Origin: Anaerolineae bacterium
GTDB lineage: Bacteria; Chloroflexota; Anaerolineae; Aggregatilineales; Phototrophicaceae
Direction of reading: 5' to 3'
Length of the DNA stretch: 64,000 bases
Assembly (NCBI GenBank): GCA_034432495.1
Contig: DAOUCB010000168.1
Location: 5,527-69,526, forward strand
The position numbers were made by a program, and so were the translations under genes. Below, piece after piece: positions 20,415-28,085 of the stretch. How positions within the stretch are numbered: the first letter of the stretch is position 1; every line of letters starts with the position of its first letter. The notes beneath the pieces are model-generated. The model saw nothing but the letters and a program-made list of their open reading frames with translations, was not told the DNA's origin and did no database searches.

Positions 20415-20496
20415 AAGGAAGCACTCATTTGAGCCTATGGTCGTTCTCTGAAAAACCAAACACAGAACGCCCATGCCTTGAGGATAGCAGCCTTCC

Positions 20497-21795
20497 ATGA
20501 CCCCTGAACAGGTCTTGACCTTCGCCAACAGCGATGCCATGCGTAAGAATGCCCAGAAACTGGCGCGTCCAGCGGCGTGGTTATCGCTCAACGCCAGCGA
20601 ACGCGCCGTCTGGGGTGAAATCAAGGGCAGCGGTGCGGCTCCCTATCAGGTGCGCTTCGATCTGCTCGATTCTGGCTATAAATGCAGTTGTCCCAGCCAG
20701 ATTCATCCCTGCAAACATGCGGTTGCCCTGATGCTGTTGTATGCCGACGCCCCGTCGGCTTTCCTACTCGATGCACAGCCCCCCTGGGTCACGACCTGGC
20801 TGAGCGCCCGCGATGCCAGAGCCGCGAAAAAAGCTGAAAACCCAACGGGTGAAATCGCCGATCCAGCCGCGCAGAACAAACGCATCGCCGAACGTGAACT
20901 GAAGGTCAGCGCGGGTATCGACGCCCTCGATCTTTGGCTGCGCGACCTTATGCGCGGCGGCCTCGACGGACTGCCTGGACAAAAAAGCGCCTTCTGGGAC
21001 GCGCTCGCCGCCCGCATGGTCGATGCGCAGGCGCGCGGCCTCGCCAACCAGCTTCAGGAGATGTCGAAGCTTCCACGCACCGGAGCAGGCTGGGCGGGTA
21101 AGCTGCTCGAACGCGCCGGGATGCTCTACCTCCTGCTTGAAGGCTACCGCCACCAGCACACCCTCCCGCCCGATTTGCGCGCGGATATACGTACCATCGT
21201 CGGCTGGAACCAGAAGCAGGAAGACCTGCACGACCTCCCCGCTGTCACTGATCAGTGGCTTGTCCTCTCGCAGCGCATCCACGACGAAGATCGCGGTGAG
21301 ATTCAGCGAACGTGGCTGCGCGGCCTTACCACCAGGCAAAACGCTCTGCTTCTTGATTACTCGTTCAACGGTCGGCCCTTTGAACTCAAGCTCCCCGGCG
21401 GCTCCTGCTTCGAAGGCGACCTGATCTACTATCCCAGCCACTATCCACAGCGCGCCATCATCAAGGAGCGGCGCAAAACCGTCCCGACTCAGAATATGCT
21501 CGCGGGCGAGACCATTCCGGCGCTGCTGACCGCCTATGCCGAAGCCCTGTCGCGCCAGCCCTGGCTCAACCTATTTCCGATGCTGCTGCGCGACGTTTAT
21601 CCCCTGCGCGGCGAAAGCGGCTGGATTGTGCGCGACGCTGATGGTCATGCACTCTCCATCGGTCAGTATGTCGAAAACGGCTGGAAGCTGCTCGCGCTCA
21701 GCGGCGGCTACCCGCTGACCCTCTTCGGCGAATGGGATGGTCAGCGGCTGCTTACTTTGAGCGCCTGGGTCAATGGACGAATGCTGCTCCTATGA
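20497..21795 (+). CDS. SWIM zinc-finger domain protein (432 aa)
   Basis: Canonical SWIM CxC-x(n)-CxH signature: YKCSCPSQIHPCKHAVALMLLY. The remaining roughly 330 aa have no motif I recognise. Confidence 0.8.
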   Translation: MTPEQVLTFANSDAMRKNAQKLARPAAWLSLNASERAVWGEIKGSGAAPYQVRFDLLDSGYKCSCPSQIHPCKHAVALMLLYADAPSAFLLDAQPPWVTTWLSARDARAAKKAENPTGEIADPAAQNKRIAERELKVSAGIDALDLWLRDLMRGGLDGLPGQKSAFWDALAARMVDAQARGLANQLQEMSKLPRTGAGWAGKLLERAGMLYLLLEGYRHQHTLPPDLRADIRTIVGWNQKQEDLHDLPAVTDQWLVLSQRIHDEDRGEIQRTWLRGLTTRQNALLLDYSFNGRPFELKLPGGSCFEGDLIYYPSHYPQRAIIKERRKTVPTQNMLAGETIPALLTAYAEALSRQPWLNLFPMLLRDVYPLRGESGWIVRDADGHALSIGQYVENGWKLLALSGGYPLTLFGEWDGQRLLTLSAWVNGRMLLL

Positions 21796-21804
21796 GGATA
21801 AATC

Positions 21805-23328
21805 ATGTGGAATGACCTGCTAACCACAGGGCTGATTGGCACAGAGCGCCGCGCGCTCGATCTCGAAAACCTGCCCGAATCCTTCCGCGAACTCGTGGCG
21901 CAGCTTGAAGGTCAGGACTCCGAGCGCATTCTGCTCTCACTGGCGGGCGCAGCAACACTTCAGCGCCGTGTCGGGCAAACCGCGCCGCTCGACGCCACGC
22001 CGCTGCTCGATCCCTGTGATCTTAACGATCTGCCACCTTGTTCACCGCGAGCGGGGCTGCTCCTTCAGCAAATTCTCAATCTCTCGCAGTACGCCCCCCT
22101 TCTGCCCGAATGGATCGCGCTCGCAGCGCGCCGGGGGCAGCGCGTCAGCGAGGAATACTTGCCTCGTTTCCTGACAGCGCTTAACCGCCCCGCCCCGCCT
22201 GAACACTTTTACAACATAATCGGCAAGCGTGGGCGTTGGCTCGCCCAACAGAACGAGGGTTGGTCGTATGCTGTCCTGCCACAAAATGATACGGAATGGG
22301 AAACCGCCAGCTTCCCGGCGCGGCTCGAATATCTGCGCCGCCTGCGTGCCAGCCATCCCAACCATGCGCGTGCGCTCGTCGAGTCTGTCTGGAAAAGCGA
22401 GAAGGCGGATAATCGCTCTGCGCTGATCCAAACGTTCGAAGTCAGCCTCACGCTCGAAGATGAGCCATTTCTCGAAGCGATGCTCGATGATCGCGCTGGC
22501 AAAGTCGGGCTGTACGCAGCATCGGTCTTGAAGAATTTGGCTGCATCGGCTTATCGCCAGCGGATAATCACTCGCGGGCAGCAGTTCATCCATATTCACT
22601 GGCAAAAGCAATTGTTGAGCAGAAAACTGGCGATTGAGATCACACTGCCCGAAACCTGTGACGAGTCAATGATTCGCGATGGAATCGACCAGAAGCCCAG
22701 CACCGACTCGGAGCTAGGTACGCGCGCCTATTGGCTGTTCAGTATCGCTACTCGGTTACCATCGTCATTCTGGCTCAGCGATGACTGGTCAGCGCCTGAT
22801 CTTGTGCAGGCGATCAGCGAGAGCGACGATTCGATCAAAACCTATCTCCATACCGCGCTGGCGAATGTCAGTGGACGCGAGCATCATGATCTGCTTGCCC
22901 TCGCCCTGCTCGAAAACGCAGAGGTCGCAGAAGGCGTAAAGGCTCAGGTATTACAAGCCATCTCGCCCCAACTCTGCGAGAATTTCCTCATGCGCGCCCT
23001 GGACAGTGAGCGCAGTTCTAGCAGCGGAAAGAGTATTTTCGAAGTGACCAATCTCTGTAAGTTTGGCTACACCTGGAGCAGCCCGCTAACTCGCAGCTTC
23101 CTTGCGACACTGAAGCAGACACTGAAAGCACGCAAACGACCGCACCTGTCCGACGCAATCACAGCGCATCTGTCTGCCTACGTCACGTTTTTCTCGCCTA
23201 CTTGTGTCGAGGAATTACGGGAGCTGGCGAATATCGAAACCAGCCGACAATCGCTCTGGATCAAGGTTGTGAAGCAGGCCGTTTCCACGCTCGAATTTCG
23301 TCGAAATATGGACAAGGAGTTCGCTTAA
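21805..23328 (+). CDS. uncharacterised 507-aa protein (my recollection: DUF5691-like partner of SWIM/MoxR/vWA clusters)
   Basis: Starts 9 nt after the SWIM gene stop, with GAGGA overlapping that stop. Leu/Ala-rich helical-repeat-like composition. No catalytic motif seen. The DUF assignment is from memory and unverified. Confidence 0.6.
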   Translation: MWNDLLTTGLIGTERRALDLENLPESFRELVAQLEGQDSERILLSLAGAATLQRRVGQTAPLDATPLLDPCDLNDLPPCSPRAGLLLQQILNLSQYAPLLPEWIALAARRGQRVSEEYLPRFLTALNRPAPPEHFYNIIGKRGRWLAQQNEGWSYAVLPQNDTEWETASFPARLEYLRRLRASHPNHARALVESVWKSEKADNRSALIQTFEVSLTLEDEPFLEAMLDDRAGKVGLYAASVLKNLAASAYRQRIITRGQQFIHIHWQKQLLSRKLAIEITLPETCDESMIRDGIDQKPSTDSELGTRAYWLFSIATRLPSSFWLSDDWSAPDLVQAISESDDSIKTYLHTALANVSGREHHDLLALALLENAEVAEGVKAQVLQAISPQLCENFLMRALDSERSSSSGKSIFEVTNLCKFGYTWSSPLTRSFLATLKQTLKARKRPHLSDAITAHLSAYVTFFSPTCVEELRELANIETSRQSLWIKVVKQAVSTLEFRRNMDKEFA

Positions 23329-24413
23329 TGACCACGCCCCTGCTCCGTGAACACGCCGAAGCGCTCTATGCCGAAGAACTCCACACGCTCGCCGAAGCGG
23401 ATCGCCGCGCCCGCCCACCCAGTTGGGCGCTCTCACCCTGGGCAGTCTCGATCTATCTGCTCGGCGGCACGCTCGATAACGGCTTCGTCATCTCGCCCAA
23501 ATACATCGGCGACCGCCGCGTCATCGAAATCGCTATCGCTACCCTCGCCACCGACCGCGCGCTGCTCCTGCTTGGCGTGCCGGGAACCGCCAAAACCTGG
23601 GTCTCCGAGCATCTGAGCGCCGCCATCTCTGGCGATTCGACGCTGCTGATTCAAGGCACGGCTGGAACCAGCGAGGAAGCCATCCGCTACGGTTGGAACT
23701 ACGCCCGTCTACTGGCGGAAGGCCCCTCCATGAACGCGCTCGTCCCCTCGCCGATGATGCGCGCTATGGACGAAGGCAAAATCGCTCGCGTTGAGGAACT
23801 GACACGCATCCCCGCCGATGTGCAGGACACACTCATTACCATCCTCTCCGAGAAAACGCTGCCCATTCCCGAACTCAACAACGAGACGCAGGCGCGCAAA
23901 GGCTTCAACGTTATCGCCACCGCCAATGACCGCGACCGGGGCGTCAACGATCTGTCGAGCGCCCTTAAACGCCGTTTCAACACCGTTGTGCTGCCCCTGC
24001 CCGCCTCGGTCGAAGAAGAAGTCGAGATTGTCCAGCAGCGCGTCGAGAGTCTTGGTCGCGCGCTCGAACTGCCTGCCGAAGCGCCTGCCCTCGAAGAAAT
24101 TCGCCGCATCGTCACCATCTTCCGCGAACTGCGCGCCGGACTCACCGAAGATGGGCAGACCAAACTCAAATCGCCCAGCGCGACCCTCAGCACCGCCGAA
24201 GTCATATCAGTCGTCACCAATGGCCTCTCGCTTGCAGCCCATTTCGGCGATGGCAGCCTGAGCGCTGAAGATGTCGCGGCGGGCATTGTCGGCGCGATTG
24301 TCAAAGACCCGGTGCAGGATCGCGTCGTCTGGCTCGAATATCTCGAAACCATCGCCAGGGAACGCGACGGTTGGAACGACCTCTATCGCGCCTGCCGGGA
24401 AGTCACCAAATGA
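23328..24413 (+). CDS. MoxR-like AAA+ ATPase
   Basis: Walker A LLLGVPGTAKT. MoxR-like Walker B/sensor region KIARVEELTRIPADVQDTLITILSEK. The ATG overlaps the upstream TAA (TAATG). The track start at 23202 would sit inside the previous gene. Confidence 0.8.
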   Translation: MTTPLLREHAEALYAEELHTLAEADRRARPPSWALSPWAVSIYLLGGTLDNGFVISPKYIGDRRVIEIAIATLATDRALLLLGVPGTAKTWVSEHLSAAISGDSTLLIQGTAGTSEEAIRYGWNYARLLAEGPSMNALVPSPMMRAMDEGKIARVEELTRIPADVQDTLITILSEKTLPIPELNNETQARKGFNVIATANDRDRGVNDLSSALKRRFNTVVLPLPASVEEEVEIVQQRVESLGRALELPAEAPALEEIRRIVTIFRELRAGLTEDGQTKLKSPSATLSTAEVISVVTNGLSLAAHFGDGSLSAEDVAAGIVGAIVKDPVQDRVVWLEYLETIARERDGWNDLYRACREVTK

Positions 24414-24497
24414 CAGTTCAAAGTAAACACAGTTAAAAGTTGAAAGGAGTAAGGTTGTGTCTTTACTTTTAACTTTTAACTTTCGACTTTTAACTGT
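24412..24497 (+). repeat. AT-rich heptad-periodic intercistronic repeat with long hairpin (family A, copy 1)
   Basis: Begins at the AAA+ stop codon with GACAGTTCAAAGT. ACAGTTAAAAGTTGAAAG (24429-24446) pairs with CTTTCGACTTTTAACTGT (24480-24497), 17 of 18 positions. The right arm is a 7-nt periodic ACTTTTA/ACTTTCG array. Confidence 0.75.
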
Positions 24498-24512
24498 GGA
24501 GCGCAGCGAAGA

Positions 24513-26846
24513 ATGACCATCCACATTTTCGGCATTCGCCATCACGGGCCGGGATCGGCGCGCAGCCTGTTGAGCGCTCTCGAAGCGCTTCAGCCCGACT
24601 GCATTCTGGTCGAAGGGCCGCCTGATGCGGACAATCTGCTGCCCCTCATGATGCAGGACTCGATGCAGCCGCCCGTCGCTCTGCTGATCTACGACCCTGC
24701 AAACACCCGTCGCGCCGCCTATTATCCCTTCGCCGAATTTTCGCCGGAATGGCAGGCGCTCCGGTACGGATTGGCTTACGCAATCCCCACGCGCTTCATG
24801 GATTTGCCCCAGTCGAACGCCTTTGCGCTTCAGCCCGATCCTAAAACCCTCGCCGATCTGCTGCCGGTTGAGGAAACCGTGCCATTAAGCAAAACCTCGC
24901 CGGAAGGGGACAGCGGGGTATCCAGCGACGATGATCCGGTCGCGGAAACCAGCAGCGAGGACTTCACCTCCGAAATTGATCCTGTCCGCCTCGATCCGCT
25001 GCGCGCCCTTGCCGAAGCGGCAGGATACAACGACAGTGAGCGCTGGTGGGAGCATCTGGTCGAGCAGCGCCTCGACAGCAGCGACCTATTCGCCGCTATT
25101 CTCGAGGCCATGACCGCCCTCCGTGAGCAGACCTCGCCCCTCGATCCATTCCACGAGCACAATGAAATGCTGCGCGAAGCCCACATGCGCAAGACCATCC
25201 GCGAAGCGGAAAAAGCCAGTTATCAGCGCATCGCCGTCGTCTGCGGCGCGTGGCACACCCCTGCCCTCGTGAACATGCCGCCCGCCAAAGCCGATAACAC
25301 CCTGCTCAAAGGTCTGGCGAAAGTCAAAACGAAAGCCACCTGGGTTCCCTGGACGCATGGTCGGCTGGCGCGCGTCAGTGGCTACGGCGCAGGCATCGAG
25401 TCGCCTGGTTGGTACGCTCACCTCTGGCGCACACCCACCCACGAAATCGCCATTCGCTGGATGGCACACGTCGCTCGTCTGCTGCGTGACGAACGGCTCG
25501 ACGCTTCGACAGCGCAGGTTATCGACGCAGTGCGCCTGAGCGAAACACTCGCCGCGCTGCGCGCCCGTCCTGTCCCCGGCCTGACAGAGATGAACGAGGC
25601 GGCTCAGGCCGTAATCTGTTTCGGGCAGCCAGAACCGATGCGTATTATCGAGCGCAAGCTAATCGTCGGCGAGACAATGGGTACTGTCCCCGACGAAACG
25701 CCAACCGTCCCGCTTCAGCAGGACTTACAGGCGCTGCAAAAGCGCCTGCGACTGAAAGTTGAACCTGTCGAGCGTGTGGTTGAACTCGACCTGCGCAAGT
25801 CGAACGATCTTGAACGCAGCCACCTGCTCCACCGCCTGCTGCTGCTCCAAATCCCCTGGGGACGCGCCGATTACAACGTCAACAAAACCGGGACGTTCCG
25901 CGAAAATTGGGTGCTGGTATGGCGGCCTGAACTGGCGATCAATGTGATTGAGGCGAGCATCTGGGGCAACACCGTGCGCGATGGAGCAGCCGCCTTCGCT
26001 CAGGATCGCGCGGATCAGGCCGAAGACTTGCGCGCGCTGTCGGAACTGCTCACCTTTGTCATCCTCTGCGATCTGCCGGACGCGACCGCACATCTCATGA
26101 AGCGGCTTGAGACACAGGCTACCCTCACAAGCGACGTGACACTGCTCATGGCGGCGCTCCCCGCGCTGGCACAGACCGCCCGCTACACCAACGTCCGCGC
26201 CCTCGACCGCAACCTTGTCGCCCAGGTCATTGATGGCATGGTCGTCCGTCTGTGTATTGGGCTGGCGGGAGCGGTCGCCTCGCTCGATGACGCCGCCGCA
26301 ACACAGATGTTTACACTCATCCTCGGTGTACAGTCGGCGCTGCGCCTGCTTCAGAACGAGGAGCAGATTACGCTCTGGTTCGACACGCTCCAGCTAGCGC
26401 TCGACCGCGACAGCCTGCACGGCTTACTGGCGGGGCGTTTTGCGCGCATCCTGCTTGATGCACGTCGCCTCGACGCCGCTGAAGGAACACGCCGCATGAA
26501 ACTGGCGCTCGCCCGCGCCGCCGATCCGGTACAGGCAGCGGCCTGGGTCGAAGGCTTCCTGCGCGAGAGCGGCTCGATCCTGATTTACGACGATCAGCTC
26601 TGGGGCGTCATTGATGAGTGGGTGACTTCGCTCCCTGGTGAACTGTTCCCGAACCTGCTTCCCTTGCTCCGCCGCACCTTTGCCACCTTTTCAAGCTACG
26701 AGCGCCAGCAGATTGGCGAACGAGCGCGTCAGGGCCAGGTTCGCGCCGCAGACGGCAGCGACACGATTGATCATTTCGACGCCGAACGAGCAGCATCCGT
26801 ACTGCCGCTGATCAAACAGCTTCTAGGCTTGCCCGCCTCAACATAA
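24513..26846 (+). CDS. 777-aa uncharacterised protein; N-terminal about 255 aa TraB/PrgY/Tiki-like (my recollection: DUF5682-like)
   Basis: IHIFGIRHHGPGSARSLLSALEALQPDCILVEGP, then NEMLREAHMRKTI, then RIAVVCGAWHTPAL. These match the paired GxxH motifs plus conserved Glu of the TraB/Tiki superfamily. The C-terminal roughly 500 aa are helical and unassigned. Confidence 0.6.
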   Translation: MTIHIFGIRHHGPGSARSLLSALEALQPDCILVEGPPDADNLLPLMMQDSMQPPVALLIYDPANTRRAAYYPFAEFSPEWQALRYGLAYAIPTRFMDLPQSNAFALQPDPKTLADLLPVEETVPLSKTSPEGDSGVSSDDDPVAETSSEDFTSEIDPVRLDPLRALAEAAGYNDSERWWEHLVEQRLDSSDLFAAILEAMTALREQTSPLDPFHEHNEMLREAHMRKTIREAEKASYQRIAVVCGAWHTPALVNMPPAKADNTLLKGLAKVKTKATWVPWTHGRLARVSGYGAGIESPGWYAHLWRTPTHEIAIRWMAHVARLLRDERLDASTAQVIDAVRLSETLAALRARPVPGLTEMNEAAQAVICFGQPEPMRIIERKLIVGETMGTVPDETPTVPLQQDLQALQKRLRLKVEPVERVVELDLRKSNDLERSHLLHRLLLLQIPWGRADYNVNKTGTFRENWVLVWRPELAINVIEASIWGNTVRDGAAAFAQDRADQAEDLRALSELLTFVILCDLPDATAHLMKRLETQATLTSDVTLLMAALPALAQTARYTNVRALDRNLVAQVIDGMVVRLCIGLAGAVASLDDAAATQMFTLILGVQSALRLLQNEEQITLWFDTLQLALDRDSLHGLLAGRFARILLDARRLDAAEGTRRMKLALARAADPVQAAAWVEGFLRESGSILIYDDQLWGVIDEWVTSLPGELFPNLLPLLRRTFATFSSYERQQIGERARQGQVRAADGSDTIDHFDAERAASVLPLIKQLLGLPAST

Positions 26847-26858
26847 GAGGGATTGTTG

Positions 26859-28064
26859 ATGAACGCGAATTATGAACGCCTTAAACGCTGGCGCTTAATC
26901 CTCGGTGCAGATGCGCAATCGATTTGCAACGGCAGCAGTGGCAGCAGCGGCAGCAGTTCAGGCGATGGCAGCGACGGCATTGGAGACTTGAGCGGGGACG
27001 ACGCCGCGATGGATAGCGCGCTCGAAGCACTCTACGACAAGGAACGCAGCGCCGGGTTGGAAGGCTCCGCGCCGAAAGTCGCGCGCTGGCTCGGCGACAT
27101 TCGCAAATTCTTCCCGTCGTCGGTCGTTCGAGTGATGCAGCAGGACGCCATCGAGCGCCTCAATCTGCGACAGCTTCTGCTTGAACCCGAATTGATGCAA
27201 GCCGTCGAGCCAGACGTACACATGGTTACAACCCTGCTGGCACTCAACCGCGTTATGCCCGGCGAAGCCCGCGCGACTGCGCGCCTCGTTGTGCGCAAAG
27301 TTGTGGACGATTTGCTGCGAAAACTGCAAAGCCCGATGCGGCAGGCCGTCCTCGGCAGCCTGAACCGCGCCATTCGCAACCGCCGCCCCCGACACAACGA
27401 AATCGACTGGAATCGCACCATCCGCGCCAACCTCAAACATTACCAGCCGGACTACCACACCATCATCCCCGAAACGCGAATCGGTTTCGGACGCAAGCAG
27501 ATGGCGCTGCGCGAGATTATCCTTTGCGTCGATGAAAGCGGCTCAATGGCGGCCTCGGTCGTCTACGCGGGTGTCTTTGGTGCGGTCTTGGCTTCGCTTC
27601 CGTCGGTCAAAACGCACATGGTCGTTTTCGATACCTCAGTCGTCGATTTGACCGAAGAACTGCAAGACCCGGTGGAACTGCTCTTTGGAACACAGTTAGG
27701 CGGCGGAACCAACATCCACAAGGCGCTGACCTACTGCACCAGCTTGATCACGCGCCCGCAGGAGACGATTCTGATTCTGATCAGCGATCTGTACGAGGGT
27801 GGCAATCGCCTCGAAATGCTCAAGAGCGCCCAGTCACTGGTCGATTCAGGCGTTCAGTTGATCGCGCTGCTGGCGCTCAACGACGATGGATCACCTGCTT
27901 ATGATCACACCAACGCCGCCGCCTTAGCGAGCATGAATGCTCCCGCCTTCGCCTGCACACCCGATTTGTTTCCTGACCTCATGGCTGCCGCTATTAACAA
28001 GCAGGATATTAGACGCTGGGCTGCTCAGCACGATATTGTCACTTCACGGGACGAGCAGAATTGA
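26859..28064 (+). CDS. vWA-domain protein, CoxE-like
   Basis: MIDAS DxSxS in ILCVDESGSMAASV, with the later Thr/Asp elements (GGGTNIHKAL, LISDLYEGG). Helical N-terminal region as in CoxE-type vWA proteins. ATG 26859 is preceded by AGAGGG. The track start is a TTG 6 nt earlier. Confidence 0.8.
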   Translation: MNANYERLKRWRLILGADAQSICNGSSGSSGSSSGDGSDGIGDLSGDDAAMDSALEALYDKERSAGLEGSAPKVARWLGDIRKFFPSSVVRVMQQDAIERLNLRQLLLEPELMQAVEPDVHMVTTLLALNRVMPGEARATARLVVRKVVDDLLRKLQSPMRQAVLGSLNRAIRNRRPRHNEIDWNRTIRANLKHYQPDYHTIIPETRIGFGRKQMALREIILCVDESGSMAASVVYAGVFGAVLASLPSVKTHMVVFDTSVVDLTEELQDPVELLFGTQLGGGTNIHKALTYCTSLITRPQETILILISDLYEGGNRLEMLKSAQSLVDSGVQLIALLALNDDGSPAYDHTNAAALASMNAPAFACTPDLFPDLMAAAINKQDIRRWAAQHDIVTSRDEQN

Positions 28065-28085
28065 TCCAGCGCGTGGCAAGCGAGA

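Noticed and set aside
23202-23327. Long N-terminal extensions offered by the ORF track (also 10725-10802, 39917-40000, 52257-52322, 57943-58005, 61107-61148, 18404-18442, 47811-47846)
   Set aside because: The extensions overlap upstream genes or lack an RBS. Internal Met codons with Shine-Dalgarno-like sequences give N-termini that match the family (HTH, signal peptide or full-length RhaM).
24421-24500. Short-period direct repeats (ACTTTTA ACTTTTA ACTTTCG ACTTTTA) that could look like a mini CRISPR or tandem array
   Set aside because: The period is 7 nt with no spacers, there are only 4-5 units, and no cas genes are present. It is better explained as one arm of a hairpin in a dispersed intercistronic repeat.
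26925-26990. GGCAGC-rich repetitive DNA
   Set aside because: It encodes a Gly/Ser/Asp low-complexity linker (GSSGSSGSSSGDGSDG) in the N-terminus of the CoxE-like vWA protein. This is an in-frame coding repeat, not a separate element.
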